The notes: generated by a model not told the origin, from the letters alone. Shown: positions 19,052 through 29,782, numbered from the stretch's first letter. The stretch is DNA of 64,000 bases from Vulcanimicrobiales bacterium (GCA_038231455.1 JBBRLI010000001.1:32001-96000); one strand, 5' to 3'. A program made the numbers and translations.

Positions 19052-20074
19052 TTACCGCGATGCGGCGGCGAGTTTTGATTTGAGACGCGGGTACACGTGG
19101 TACGCATTGGTCTCAAAGATCTTGCGACGGGTCTCATCGTCGAGCCCCATCGCATCGAGATATTTTTTGGTATCGTCGTAGTTGTTGCCCGTGCGCGGAT
19201 CGATGCCGCGCACGGCGCCGACCATCTCAGACCCAAAGAGAATATTCTGGGTGGGGACGACCTTGAGCAGCAACTCGATACCGGGCAGATGGTACACGCA
19301 CGTATCGAAGAACACGTTCTTAAGCACAGACTCTTCGAGCGTCGGGCGTTTCATGTCTTGCGCAAGACCGCGGTACCGGCCCCAGTGATAGGGCACCGCG
19401 CCGCCGCCGTGCGGAATGATGAAGCGCAAGGTCGGGAAATCTTTGAACAGATCGGCTTGGATGAACTGCATGAATGCCGTCGTGTCGGCATTGATGTAAT
19501 GCGCGCCGGTGGCGTGAAAGTTCGGGTTGCACGACGAACTGACGTGAACCATCGCGGGCACGTCGAGCTCGACCATCTTCTCGTACAGCGGATACCAGAA
19601 CTTGTCCGTCAGCGGCGCCGAGGTCCAGTGGCCGCCAGAGGGATCGGGGTTCAGATTGCAGCCGATGAAGCCCAGCTCGTTCACGCAGCGTTCGAGCTCG
19701 CGAATGCTGGCCTGCACGTCGACGCCGGGCGATTGCGGCAATTGGCAGACGCCGACAAAATTCTCCGGATAGAGCCCGACGACGCGCGCGATGAGGTCGT
19801 TGCACGCGCGCGACCACGCAATGCTCGTTTGCTCGCTCCCGATGTGATGCGCCATCGCGGATGCACGCGGTGAGAAGACCGTCAGATCGATCCCGCGCTC
19901 GCGCGAGAGTTTAAGTTGCGCGCCTTCGAGACTCGCACGAATCTCATCGTCGGTGATCGTTGGATCGGTCGGATCGGGGAGCGTTCCGTTTGCGAGCTTG
20001 TCGATCTGTCCTTGACGGAACGTCTGCAGTTCGGCGGGGGCGGTCGTGTAGTGGCCGTGGCAATCGATGATCAT
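19052..20074 (-). CDS. ligJ: 4-oxalomesaconate hydratase (amidohydrolase family)
   Basis: MIIDCHGHYTT, PHGGGAVPYHWGR and FGSEMVGAVRG motifs. Confidence 0.92.
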   Translation of the reverse strand: MIIDCHGHYTTAPAELQTFRQGQIDKLANGTLPDPTDPTITDDEIRASLEGAQLKLSRERGIDLTVFSPRASAMAHHIGSEQTSIAWSRACNDLIARVVGLYPENFVGVCQLPQSPGVDVQASIRELERCVNELGFIGCNLNPDPSGGHWTSAPLTDKFWYPLYEKMVELDVPAMVHVSSSCNPNFHATGAHYINADTTAFMQFIQADLFKDFPTLRFIIPHGGGAVPYHWGRYRGLAQDMKRPTLEESVLKNVFFDTCVYHLPGIELLLKVVPTQNILFGSEMVGAVRGIDPRTGNNYDDTKKYLDAMGLDDETRRKIFETNAYHVYPRLKSKLAAASR

Positions 20075-20076
20075 CG

Positions 20077-21201
20077 CTAACTCGCGTGGGTGAGGGCTGA
20101 ATCGCGAAGGCTTGCGCCCTGCCATATCGAGCCCGGGATGAGGACCTCGCCGCGCATGAGCGCGCGGGCGGTACGCAACAGCGCCGAACGCTCGACGCGC
20201 ACACCGGTCGCTCCGCCGACGACTTCCATTTCGACCGTAAAGAAGCCCGTCGGGTGTTCGATCTCAAACGAGCGCGTACCGTATTCGGCATCGCCGGTAA
20301 TCTCTGCGGCAATCGAGCCCGGCAGCGCGCAAGCCGTCGCAACGCTCACCGCGCCGAAGACCCCGATTGCCTTATGCACGACGTGCGGGATAAAATTGCG
20401 CGTTGAAATCGCGCCGCCGTTCTGCGGCGCAGAGACGAGGCACATCTTGGGTACGGTCTTCTTCGTAACATCACCAAGATTCATACGTTTACCGGCGGCC
20501 AATCGGACCCGTTCGACGCGCGATTTGAGGTCTGCATCGCCCTCGAGTTCCGCGGGCGTTTCTTGCCCGGACTTGCCAAAGTCACTCGCGCGCATGACGA
20601 CGACGGGCATGCCGTTGTCAATCATCGTGACATCGATGCCTTCGATCGTGTCGCGCACGTTGCCGGTGGGCAACAGTGCGCCGCACGTGCCGCCGGCGAT
20701 ATCCAAAAAATCGATGTTGATCGGCGCCGCCGTCCCCGGCACACCGTCGATGCGTGCGTCGCCGTCGTAGCGCACGCGTCCGCCGGGCGTCTGTACGTGC
20801 GCAACCGCAATACTCTTCGTGTTCACCATATAGATGCGAACGTCGGTGACGTCGCCGCTCGGTTTGACGAGCCCCTGCTCGATCGCAAATGGACCGATTC
20901 CGGCGAGCATATTGCCGCAGTTCTGTCCGGCATCCACGTGCGCTTCGTTTACGACGACCTGGAGGAACAGATAGTCGACGTCGACGTTCGGGACGCTCGG
21001 CGGACCGACGATAGCGACTTTACTCGTGAGCGAATCGGCCCCACCTAGACCATCGATCTGCCGCGCATCGGGCGAGCCCATGGCGGCGAGCAACACGACG
21101 TCGCGCGTCGCGACGTCCGCCGGCAAGCTTGCCGCAAGAAAAAATGGGCCTTTCGAGGTTCCCCCACGCATCAACGTACACGGAATCGCGATTTGGTTCA
21201 T
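20077..21201 (-). CDS. ligU: 4-oxalomesaconate tautomerase (PrpF/FldA family)
   Basis: MRGGTSKG, NCGNMLAG, EHPTG and RTAR motifs. Confidence 0.88.
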   Translation of the reverse strand: MNQIAIPCTLMRGGTSKGPFFLAASLPADVATRDVVLLAAMGSPDARQIDGLGGADSLTSKVAIVGPPSVPNVDVDYLFLQVVVNEAHVDAGQNCGNMLAGIGPFAIEQGLVKPSGDVTDVRIYMVNTKSIAVAHVQTPGGRVRYDGDARIDGVPGTAAPINIDFLDIAGGTCGALLPTGNVRDTIEGIDVTMIDNGMPVVVMRASDFGKSGQETPAELEGDADLKSRVERVRLAAGKRMNLGDVTKKTVPKMCLVSAPQNGGAISTRNFIPHVVHKAIGVFGAVSVATACALPGSIAAEITGDAEYGTRSFEIEHPTGFFTVEMEVVGGATGVRVERSALLRTARALMRGEVLIPGSIWQGASLRDSALTHAS

Positions 21202-21267
21202 CTGCTACCTTCGGCTATTCGATGCATCGATTTAGAACTTCAGCCCGGCCCGCGCCGAACCTCTGCG

Positions 21268-22305
21268 CTAGCCGGGGCGAGCCGCGCGCGTTGCGATATC
21301 GGCGTCGACGACGTCCGCGAACGCGTTTCCGCCCGGTGCAGCATAACCCGTATACCGGTGAAATTCGAGCGCCTTCTGGTAGGCGACCGGCTCGACTTTC
21401 GGCGTGGTCGGAAGCGCCGGAAGATACGCCGAGAGGAGCTTTCCGATCGTCTCGTCGTCCAGCTGCGCGTCGTACTTTCGGAAAAGCGCGCGTGCATGCT
21501 CTTTATCATTCTTGATGAACGCCTCCGCACGGCCGATCGCCCGAACGAACGCGACGATTGCATCGCCTTTTTTTGCGATCGTGTCGGGCTTCGCATAGAT
21601 CACGCCATGCAGTTCGCCATGCATCGCGGCAACATCACCCGCCGCGGGCATAACGAGGGCACGGCCGAGATGCTGCGTCTCCGCAACCATCGAAAGCGGC
21701 CAGGCAAACGAAACGCCGTCGATGCGACCGGTTCGCATCGCGGCGAGAATCGCGGCCTGATCGGTGCCGACGTTGACGAGTTCGAGATCCCGGGTTGGAT
21801 CGAGACCCGCGTTCCGCAACAGATAGACCATGAGCGCTTCCGTGCCGGAGCCGGGGCCCGTAATCCCGATCTTCTTGCCCTTCAATGCAAGAATGCGTTC
21901 GTGCAGCGGCTTGCTGCGCGCGGTCTTCGTCGCATCGAAGAATTGGTTCGAGCCAATCACGTCGACGTAATAGCCATTGACCAGCGAACCGACGATCTTC
22001 ACCGGCCGCGAGGCCTTCAACAGCGCGAAGACGTCGGTAATGACGGAGCAACCGACGTCGATACTCCCCGATGTCATTGCCGCGCCCACGACGGCGCCGG
22101 ACTGGAAGGCCGTAATCGTCGGATCGACACCGGCATCGCGGAAATAACCGTTCTCTTGCGCTACGAAGAGCGGAAAGAACGCGACCGAATTGTTCCCAAT
22201 CTGACCGACTGTTACGGGGAGCGCGGCTGCGCCCGCAGGCCGCGGCGAAACGGCGGCAGCAAGCATGCCCGCGAGAGCTTGAGCGCGTGAGAGCGTGGTC
22301 TTCAT
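21268..22305 (-). CDS. NitT/TauT-type ABC transporter substrate-binding protein
   Basis: Signal peptide; AQENGYF and LKGKKIGITGPGS motifs. Confidence 0.85.
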   Translation of the reverse strand: MKTTLSRAQALAGMLAAAVSPRPAGAAALPVTVGQIGNNSVAFFPLFVAQENGYFRDAGVDPTITAFQSGAVVGAAMTSGSIDVGCSVITDVFALLKASRPVKIVGSLVNGYYVDVIGSNQFFDATKTARSKPLHERILALKGKKIGITGPGSGTEALMVYLLRNAGLDPTRDLELVNVGTDQAAILAAMRTGRIDGVSFAWPLSMVAETQHLGRALVMPAAGDVAAMHGELHGVIYAKPDTIAKKGDAIVAFVRAIGRAEAFIKNDKEHARALFRKYDAQLDDETIGKLLSAYLPALPTTPKVEPVAYQKALEFHRYTGYAAPGGNAFADVVDADIATRAARPG

Positions 22306-22408
22306 TGCGCACTCTGCGTGAACCGATGGACGATTTACTTCAATTTCCGCAGCGTAGCGCGCAAAGTCGGCGCATCCGATACCGTTTGTCAGCCCGCGAC
22401 GAGTGCGC

Positions 22409-23191
22409 CTACGTCCCGCGAATCGCTATTGAAGGGTCGGACTTCCAGCGCGACGTCCGCCGGTCGATCGCATCGACGAGCGCGTTGAGCAAGAGCGCGA
22501 CGACCGTTAAGACAAGCAATGCGGCAAACACGCCCGCTGTGTCGTACTGGCTGCCGGATGAGGCAATGAGATACCCGATGCCGCGATTGGAAGCGATCAA
22601 TTCACCGATGATCGCTCCAATAAGCGCGTATGGGATCGCGATGCGAACGCCCGTAAGCGCCCAACTGAGCGCCGATGGCACGATCACGTGCAATAAGACC
22701 TGCCTACGGCTCGCACCCATGAGCCAGACCGCATCGAGCAGGTCGCGATCGACATTGCGCACGCCAGCGAGCGTATTGAAAAACACGATGAAGACGACCG
22801 TCACGGCCGCCAAAATCACTTTCATCGGCATCCCGATACCGAACCAAACGACGAAGAGCGGCGCCAAAGCCACTTTGGGAACACTGTAGAATGCAAGAAT
22901 GAATGGATCGAGGAGTTCGGCAAGCGTGCGATTCTGACCGATCAGAAAACCAAGTACGATCCCCGCCACGGCACCGATCGCAAAGCCGATCAGCGTCTCC
23001 TCGATCGTAATCGTCGAATGAAACCAGAGCGTCCCATCCAGCGTCCATTTCACGAGGTGTTGCCAAATGGCACCCGGGCTCGAGAGGGTCGTCGCGTCAA
23101 TGAGTTTGGTCGTGGCGCCAATCTGCCAAACCGCGACGAACGCGATCGCAAGCCCGATACGGCCAATTAGAAGGCCCAGATTCCGGGTCAC
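22409..23191 (-). CDS. NitT/TauT-type ABC transporter permease
   Basis: Multiple TM segments; PKVALAP, EAA-like loop and GIGYL. Confidence 0.9.
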   Translation of the reverse strand: MTRNLGLLIGRIGLAIAFVAVWQIGATTKLIDATTLSSPGAIWQHLVKWTLDGTLWFHSTITIEETLIGFAIGAVAGIVLGFLIGQNRTLAELLDPFILAFYSVPKVALAPLFVVWFGIGMPMKVILAAVTVVFIVFFNTLAGVRNVDRDLLDAVWLMGASRRQVLLHVIVPSALSWALTGVRIAIPYALIGAIIGELIASNRGIGYLIASSGSQYDTAGVFAALLVLTVVALLLNALVDAIDRRTSRWKSDPSIAIRGT

Positions 23192-23958
23192 GCGACGCTC
23201 GCGTGCTCGCCGATCGCGACGAGCAACTCGTCGTGCATTTCGGCGAAGCGGGCTTCACTGCGCACGGCGCGCAGATTGCGTGGACGTTGAAATTCCACGC
23301 GGCGGTCGAGGACGATGCGGCCGCCTTCACGCAGCACGATCACGCGGTCCGCGAGCATCAAGGCTTCATCGATGTCGTGCGTCACGAAGATGACCGTTTT
23401 TTGGGAACCTTGCCAAAGACGGAGCAATTCGGTCTGCAAATCGGCTCGCAGTTGTGCGTCCAGAGCCCCGAACGGCTCGTCGAGGAGTAGGAGGTGCGGA
23501 TCGCGCGCGAGCATCCGCGCTAGCGAGGCGCGACGTTGCATGCCCCCCGAGAGCTCCCGTGGATAGCGCCGCTCGGCGTGCGCAAGACCGACCACGTCGA
23601 GCAGTTCCCGCGCACGCGATTCAGATTCGATTTTTGAACGCCCGGAAAGTTCCAGCGGCATCGATACGTTCCGCAACACGGTGCGCCACGGAAGAAGGGT
23701 CTCTTTTTGCGTCATGTAGCCAACATCGGCACGCGGATAGGCGGCGAGGGTTCCATCGAAGGTAATGCACCCGCTCGTCGGCGGGATCAGACCGGCGATT
23801 ACGTTGAGCAACGTCGATTTTCCGCAGCCACTGCGACCGACGATCGCGACGAAACTGCCGCGCTCGATTTGCAAATCGATATGCGCGAGGACTTCCACGG
23901 AGTCGCCTCCGCGAGCAAAAACTTTCCCGAGATCCTCGATGCCGATCGCCGCGCTCAC
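23188..23958 (-). CDS. ABC transporter ATP-binding protein
   Basis: Walker A GRSGCGKS, LSGGM, LLLLDEPF and H-loop; GTG start in a GTGA overlap at 23958. Confidence 0.92.
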   Translation of the reverse strand: MSAAIGIEDLGKVFARGGDSVEVLAHIDLQIERGSFVAIVGRSGCGKSTLLNVIAGLIPPTSGCITFDGTLAAYPRADVGYMTQKETLLPWRTVLRNVSMPLELSGRSKIESESRARELLDVVGLAHAERRYPRELSGGMQRRASLARMLARDPHLLLLDEPFGALDAQLRADLQTELLRLWQGSQKTVIFVTHDIDEALMLADRVIVLREGGRIVLDRRVEFQRPRNLRAVRSEARFAEMHDELLVAIGEHASVA

Positions 23959-24599
23959 GCGCCGCCGGCCTCGACAATCGCACGCAGATTGTTGATGTCG
24001 TACGAATGCAAACCAGCGTCGTACTTCGCGCGCGCCGCCACTTCGGTCTCGTAGCGTTTCCGCGTGGCAACGAGCACGTCGTCGATGCGGTGCTGGGCGA
24101 CAACGCATGCGCCGTCGGTATCGAGCACGACGATATCGCCCGGGTTGATCGTCGAGCCACCGACGACGACGGGCACATCGAGTTCGCCGACGACCCTCTT
24201 CGCTGCGCCGCGGACGTTGATCCAGTGCGCCCACACGGGCAGCCCCATCGTCGCAAGTTCTTCGGCATCGCGTACCGAGGCATCCACGAGCACGCCCGCG
24301 GCACCCGCGACTTTGATTTGCGTGAGTAAGAGTTCGCCGATCAGCGCGACGGGACGCGGCTCGATCATCGTGAGCACGACGATCTCGCCCGGAACGATGC
24401 GCTCGATGCAGGCGTGGACCATCAGGTTGTCGTCTTGCGCGCACTTGACGGTTCGCGCGGGACCGGCCGCACGGCTGCGCGGAATCAGCTGGTGGAACGG
24501 CACGTCGATGAGGCCTTCTTTGCCGGAGGCTTCATACACCGTTGCGACGCCGAGTGTGGCGAATTCTGCGTAGAGTTCGGGACTACGGGCGAGAGGCAC
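23955..24599 (-). CDS. ligK: 4-carboxy-4-hydroxy-2-oxoadipate aldolase (RraA/LigK family)
   Basis: GVATVYEA, DNLMVH, VRD and PGDIV motifs; GGAG SD before GTG 24599; lig cluster context. Confidence 0.78.
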   Translation of the reverse strand: MPLARSPELYAEFATLGVATVYEASGKEGLIDVPFHQLIPRSRAAGPARTVKCAQDDNLMVHACIERIVPGEIVVLTMIEPRPVALIGELLLTQIKVAGAAGVLVDASVRDAEELATMGLPVWAHWINVRGAAKRVVGELDVPVVVGGSTINPGDIVVLDTDGACVVAQHRIDDVLVATRKRYETEVAARAKYDAGLHSYDINNLRAIVEAGGA

Positions 24600-25374
24600 G
24601 GTCGGAGGCTCCTTGTTCGCGAGTGATGCGTTCGAGCGACGCGGCCGTCGCGGCGCTGATCGTCGATGGGACACCAAGCTCGTCGAGTAAGGCCGTCGCG
24701 TCCTGCATTTCGTGCGCGCGGCGCTTGGCGTGTTTGTAAGTCCCCTCCACGACACGGTCGAGCAAAGCGGCATCCGCGGCGACGAACGTACGCGCGATAT
24801 CTGCGCGCAACCACGCTTCAACCCCGACCGCGCGGGCCGCTTCGAGTGCCTCACAGACGGCCGCCGACATGCCTTTAAAGAAGACCGAGCGGGTCAGTTT
24901 GCGCGCCGCCGCATCGCCGGGCCGCTCGCCGACGATCTCGACCGGCGTGCCAAAGGAACGGTAGACCCGCGCGAGTTCTTCTGAGCCCGCACCGGCGAGA
25001 AACATGGGCACGCGGATGCCAAGGCCGGGGACGGGTGCCATCATGGCGACGTCGACGAAGGCCGCACCACTCGGCGCGACGATCGCGGCGAGTTCTTGCT
25101 TGAGTGCGGGACCCGACGTGTTGTGATCGGCGAAAATCATCCCCGATTGCAGAAGCGGGAACGCTTCGCGTGCGACATCGGCTGCGACGGTTGCCCAATT
25201 GACGGAGATGACGATGTCGGCACCACGCACGGCCTCGGCAAAATTCGCTGATATCGGAATCTCGCTCAAGTCGCCGTGCAAATCGGGATCCCAGCCGCGC
25301 ACCTGCGCTCCCGCACGGACCAAGTCGCGCGCGAGCAACGCACCCGCTTCACCAAGACCCAATATCGCGATCAC
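24583..25374 (-). CDS. NAD(P)-dependent oxidoreductase with DUF1932 C-terminus (6PGD/3-hydroxyisobutyrate dehydrogenase-like)
   Basis: GLGEAG Rossmann motif; KLTRSVFFKG and HAKRRAHEM; GTG start in a GTGA overlap. Confidence 0.8.
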   Translation of the reverse strand: MIAILGLGEAGALLARDLVRAGAQVRGWDPDLHGDLSEIPISANFAEAVRGADIVISVNWATVAADVAREAFPLLQSGMIFADHNTSGPALKQELAAIVAPSGAAFVDVAMMAPVPGLGIRVPMFLAGAGSEELARVYRSFGTPVEIVGERPGDAAARKLTRSVFFKGMSAAVCEALEAARAVGVEAWLRADIARTFVAADAALLDRVVEGTYKHAKRRAHEMQDATALLDELGVPSTISAATAASLERITREQGASDRASRP

Positions 25375-26315
25375 GTCCAGATAAGGTCTTTCGCCGAGAA
25401 CTTCGCGGGAATGTCGTGGAAGTACGCAGCGGCATCGATAACGGGTTGGATGAGCGCGGGTTCTGTCGTTACGGCACCTTGCGTTCGTGCCATCTTCTTC
25501 ACTTTTTCCGGGTCGAGCCCGGTGAACTTCGCGATATCGTCGACGGTCGCCGCGTGGTGCGTGTTGCTGTACAGCGCCGACTCGTGCACGACGCGTTGAA
25601 ACTGCTTCACCGCATCGCGATTCGCATCGGCCCACGCCCGCATCGCGACGTACGCGGTGAACATGAACTTCGGCGAGATCGCATCGAAGGTGCGCGCGAT
25701 AACTTTTAGCTTCCCGGCTTCAAGCGCCGAACTGAGGATCGGCTCGTTTGCCGAACCGGCATCGACGCGGCCGGCTTCGATCGCCGCACCGATCGCGCTA
25801 ATCGGAATTTCGACCAGCTTGAGCGACGCGGGATTGCCGCCGTTCTTCTCCATCCACGTGCGCATCGCTAGCGTGAAGATGTCGTTGAGCGCGCCGACGG
25901 CGATCGTCTTGCCGTTGAGGTCCGCGGCTTTCCTGATCGGCGAATCCGTTTTTACCATGAGACCGGCGATCGGATTGTCTTTGGTCGACATACCGCCGGG
26001 AGCGACGATCACAAAGGGAATGCCTTTGCCGTGCGCGTCGATGAGCGGGTTGAGACTGACCTTGCCGATTTGATACGCGCCGCCCGCAATTCCGCTCGCA
26101 ACGGAGGGACCGCTACGCTGCACTTGCATCGTGACGTCGAGCCCGGCTTTGCGGAATGCGCCGCTCGAAATCGCAAAGAGTACGGGTGTCGCCGAGTCTT
26201 CCGGCAGGCCCGCCATCGTGATCGTAGCGAGTTTCTGCTGGGCGAAAGCGGCGCGCGGGACGAGGAGCGTACTTGCGAGGGCGGCAAGTGCGGTGCGACG
26301 AGTAGGGTGGCTCAT
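25371..26315 (-). CDS. Second NitT/TauT-type ABC substrate-binding protein
   Basis: AAGGAG SD; MSHPTRR Tat-like leader; DLNGKTIAV and GRVDA motifs. Confidence 0.85.
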   Translation of the reverse strand: MSHPTRRTALAALASTLLVPRAAFAQQKLATITMAGLPEDSATPVLFAISSGAFRKAGLDVTMQVQRSGPSVASGIAGGAYQIGKVSLNPLIDAHGKGIPFVIVAPGGMSTKDNPIAGLMVKTDSPIRKAADLNGKTIAVGALNDIFTLAMRTWMEKNGGNPASLKLVEIPISAIGAAIEAGRVDAGSANEPILSSALEAGKLKVIARTFDAISPKFMFTAYVAMRAWADANRDAVKQFQRVVHESALYSNTHHAATVDDIAKFTGLDPEKVKKMARTQGAVTTEPALIQPVIDAAAYFHDIPAKFSAKDLIWT

Positions 26316-26331
26316 GACGGACTCCTTGATG

Positions 26332-27207
26332 TTAGTGGACGGGATTCGCAAGCTCGCCGAGCGCACCGATCGTGATGCGCACGCGATCGCCGGCGTGCAG
26401 ATATTTTGGGGGCGTGAAACCGATCCCGACACCCGCCGGCGTTCCGGTCGCGATAATGTCGCCGCTCACTAAACGCGTCGTGGCGGAAATCGTCTCGATG
26501 ATCGTCGGGATGTCGAAGATCAAGTCGGCGACCGATGCGTTCTGACGGAGCTCGTCATTGACAAACGTCTGCAGTTGAAGTGCGGTGACGTCCGGGACTT
26601 CATCGGCCGTCACGAGATACGGACCCATCGGACAGAACGTCTCGATGCTCTTGCCGATGAACCACTGCTTGTGTTTGCTCTGCAGCTCGCGTGAGGTGAC
26701 ATCGTTGACGATCGTATAACCATAGACGTGCTTCATGGCACCTGCACGCGAGACGCGGTAGGCCGGTTCGCCGATGATGACGCCGAGTTCGCCTTCATAG
26801 TCGACGGTCGCCGTGGGGTCGTTCGAGGCAAGGATCGCGGCGCCCGGCGCGATCACCGATGAGGGATGTTTGACGAAGACGATGGGAACGTCGGGAATTG
26901 CCGACGTACCGGCGGTGGAGTCGAAGCCGCTACCGTGAAATTCCGCAGCATGCTCGCGATAGTTTTTCCCGACACACATGATCGTGTGTGTCGGACGCGG
27001 GAACGGCGCCAAAAGTTCGACGTCCATCAGGTTGAAAACGACCGTCATTTCGTTCGCTGCGAGTTCGCGCGCGGCGACGAGACCCGTTTCACCCAGCGCA
27101 ACGAACGTCTCCAGATCCGGGGCGAGGGACGACAAGTCGGCAAAACCGTCCGCGACAACGACGCCGAAACGCGATTTCCCACGCACGGAAAAAGATGCAA
27201 AACGCAC
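26332..27207 (-). CDS. Fumarylacetoacetate hydrolase family protein
   Basis: CVGKNYREH, DYEGEL, NDVTSR and GDIIATGTPAGVG motifs. Confidence 0.9.
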   Translation of the reverse strand: MRFASFSVRGKSRFGVVVADGFADLSSLAPDLETFVALGETGLVAARELAANEMTVVFNLMDVELLAPFPRPTHTIMCVGKNYREHAAEFHGSGFDSTAGTSAIPDVPIVFVKHPSSVIAPGAAILASNDPTATVDYEGELGVIIGEPAYRVSRAGAMKHVYGYTIVNDVTSRELQSKHKQWFIGKSIETFCPMGPYLVTADEVPDVTALQLQTFVNDELRQNASVADLIFDIPTIIETISATTRLVSGDIIATGTPAGVGIGFTPPKYLHAGDRVRITIGALGELANPVH

Positions 27208-27298
27208 TTCGCCCCGTTTCTTTGCACGGGTCCAATGGCCTCGTGCGGACGAGCGACGAGAGGGTTCGCATCAAAACGCGCACCATTGGTTCGTTGCT

Positions 27299-28498
27299 AT
27301 GATCCAAGATTCGGCAACAACATCGGTACAGGTCGGCATAGTCGGCGGCGGACCATCGGGACTACTTCTTTCGCTCTTGCTCGCGCGCGCCGGCATCGCA
27401 TCGATCGTGCTCGAAGCGCGCAGCCGCGAATACTGTGAGGGTCGCATTCGCGCGGGTGTTCTCGAAGCCGGGACGATCGACGTCCTCGAAGGTTTAGGGC
27501 TCGGCGTGCGGATGCGCGAGATCGGCCTGGAACACCGCGGCGTCGAATTTCGCTTTGACGGTGCGAGTCACCGTATTCCGTTTTACGACTTGACCGGCAA
27601 AGCGATCATGGTTTACGGACAGCACGAGGTCCTCAAAGATCTCATTGCCGCGCGTATCGCGGCCGGCGACCCGCTGGAATTCGAGGTATCCCAGCTCGCG
27701 CTTCACGACGTCACGGCGACACGCCCGAAGATCGCTTATCGCGATCGAGACGGCCAGGAACGCACCGTGCTCTGCGACTTCATTGCGGGATGTGACGGTT
27801 TTCATGGCGTTTCGCGGCAAGCGATCCCCGCGGACGTCCTGCGCGTCTACGATCGCGTCTATCCGTACTCATGGCTCGGCATTTTGAGCGAGAGCCCGCC
27901 GGTCCGCGACGAACTTATCTACGTCAACCACGACGACGGTTTTGCGCTGTTCAGCCAGCGCTCGACAACCGTGCAGCGCATGTATTTGCAATGCGAGAAC
28001 GACGAAGATCTCACGCAGTGGAGCGACGAGCGGATTTGGCATGCACTGCAGTCGCGGCTCGATGGCATCGACGCACCTGACCTCCGCACGGGTCCGATCT
28101 TGCAGCGCGGCGTGACACCGATGCGCAGCTTTGTCGCCGAACCCATGCGCTATGGGAACCTCTTCCTCGCCGGCGACGCGGCACACATCGTTCCGCCGAC
28201 CGGCGCGAAGGGCATGAATCTCGCCGTCGCGGACGTCACCGTGCTCGCCGAGGGAATGGATCGCTACTATAACCATGGCGAAACAACCGAACTCGATGCT
28301 TACTCGCAAACCGTTCTGCGGCGGATCTGGAAAGCCGAACGCTTCTCCTGGTGGATGACGAGCATCTTGCATCGCAACGATCACGACGACGCGTTCGGTC
28401 GACGGATGCAGCGCGCGGAGCTGGATTACGTCTTCTCATCCGATGCCGCTGCACGTTCGCTCGCGGAAAACTACGTCGGCCTCCCGTTGCGCGTCTGA
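27299..28498 (+). CDS. pobA: 4-hydroxybenzoate 3-monooxygenase
   Basis: GGGPSG, RIRAGVLE, GCDGFHG, GDAAHIVPPTGAKGMN and AENYVGLP motifs. Confidence 0.95.
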   Translation: MIQDSATTSVQVGIVGGGPSGLLLSLLLARAGIASIVLEARSREYCEGRIRAGVLEAGTIDVLEGLGLGVRMREIGLEHRGVEFRFDGASHRIPFYDLTGKAIMVYGQHEVLKDLIAARIAAGDPLEFEVSQLALHDVTATRPKIAYRDRDGQERTVLCDFIAGCDGFHGVSRQAIPADVLRVYDRVYPYSWLGILSESPPVRDELIYVNHDDGFALFSQRSTTVQRMYLQCENDEDLTQWSDERIWHALQSRLDGIDAPDLRTGPILQRGVTPMRSFVAEPMRYGNLFLAGDAAHIVPPTGAKGMNLAVADVTVLAEGMDRYYNHGETTELDAYSQTVLRRIWKAERFSWWMTSILHRNDHDDAFGRRMQRAELDYVFSSDAAARSLAENYVGLPLRV

Positions 28499-28499
28499 G

Positions 28500-28526
28500 G
28501 GCAAGCAGGCGCCCCCTGCCTTGCCA
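28500..28526 (+). terminator. Hairpin after pobA
   Basis: GGCAAG-CAGG...CCTG-C-CTTGCC inverted repeat; no clear U tract. Confidence 0.4.
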
Positions 28527-28587
28527 GACAATCGTAAGATGACAGCGCCCGTTTACGGGCGCGACCTTCTTCTATTGAGGAGTTCGC

Positions 28588-29094
28588 ATGCACCGGATGC
28601 TCCGCTTCACAGCGCCGTTACTCGCGGCGTTCGTTTCCGTCTCCGCAGCAGCCCAAGCCACGACCTACGACTGCACGCCAAAAGCGATTGCCGCCAAGAG
28701 CGCTTACGTCATGGCAACATTCCCCGACTTTATCGCCGGTAAATACGCCAACAAGGGCACCTTCGGCCCCGTCCTCAGCAAAATTTGGGACGGTAAAGGC
28801 GACTGCGACCCAAACGGTGACGCCCTCGGAAAGTTAGCGCCAGAAGCGCAGCTCAGTCTGATCAAGACACACTACTATGGCGATATCATGTCCGTCTCGG
28901 CACTCGTTGCCGCGAAAGACATGAAGAGCGCGCGCACGCACATGGACGATTTCAACGGCGTCCACGGAGTCATCGTCGGACCGATGAAGCAATACTTCGC
29001 CGGCTCATTCATGACCCAAGACAAAGACATGCTCAAGGCCATGAAGAGCTTCGATTCTGACATCACCAAGGCCGGTTACAAGCCCGCCCAATAG
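28588..29094 (+). CDS. Secreted hypothetical protein
   Basis: GAGGAG SD; signal peptide ending AQA; two Cys; Met/Lys-rich C-terminus. Confidence 0.65.
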   Translation: MHRMLRFTAPLLAAFVSVSAAAQATTYDCTPKAIAAKSAYVMATFPDFIAGKYANKGTFGPVLSKIWDGKGDCDPNGDALGKLAPEAQLSLIKTHYYGDIMSVSALVAAKDMKSARTHMDDFNGVHGVIVGPMKQYFAGSFMTQDKDMLKAMKSFDSDITKAGYKPAQ

Positions 29095-29155
29095 CGGATA
29101 GCGGGGCGCGGCGCGCGGGCAAAAGACTCCACCGCGCGTCGCTCGAATCCCATTG

Positions 29156-29782
29156 ATGATGAGCGAACTGATTTCCGTCAACGTCTCTGCCCTCAAATCA
29201 CTCGTCATCGACGGCGAATCGATTCCCACGGGAATCTTCAAAGAATCGGTGAGCGGACGTGTCGCCTTACGCGGCGTCAACGTCGCAGGCGACGATCAAG
29301 GCGACCGCAGCGTGCACGGCGGCCCCGATCGTGTAGCCTACGCGTACGCGCAGGAAGACTACGCTTGGTGGGAACGGGAGCTGGGACGCAGGCTTACTCC
29401 GGGAACATTCGGCGAAAACCTCACCGTACGTGGTCTCGATGTCTCGAACGCGCGTATCGGCGAGCAGTGGCAAATCGGCACGGCCCTCGTTGCGGTGACC
29501 TCACCGCGCGTGCCGTGCTTCAAACTTGCAGCAAAAATGAACGATCCAAAGATCGTGAAGAAATTTGCGCGCGCGCTTCGGCCGGGCGCCTATCTGCGGA
29601 TTGTGACCGAAGGCGAGATCGGCGCGGGTGACGCCATCACCGTGATCTCCCGACCCGACCACGAGCTCACCGTTGCTACGATGGCAAGCATCATTCTCTT
29701 CGAACACGAACGCGCGCACGAACTCCTCGTCCCAGAAATCTCCGCGCGCTGGCGAGCGTGGGTCCGGGACCGAGAAGCTTAG
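29156..29782 (+). CDS. MOSC domain protein (YiiM-like)
   Basis: GDDQGD..HGG, FGENL, PRVPCFKL and GAYLRIV motifs. Confidence 0.9.
   Translation: MMSELISVNVSALKSLVIDGESIPTGIFKESVSGRVALRGVNVAGDDQGDRSVHGGPDRVAYAYAQEDYAWWERELGRRLTPGTFGENLTVRGLDVSNARIGEQWQIGTALVAVTSPRVPCFKLAAKMNDPKIVKKFARALRPGAYLRIVTEGEIGAGDAITVISRPDHELTVATMASIILFEHERAHELLVPEISARWRAWVRDREA

Noticed and set aside
23959-24444. Long N-terminal extensions on tracked ORFs (ABC ATPase, ligK, DUF1932, aldo/keto reductase, pobA, S9 peptidase)
   Set aside because: These are longest-ORF artefacts overlapping neighbouring genes; SD or overlap-coupled downstream starts fit better.
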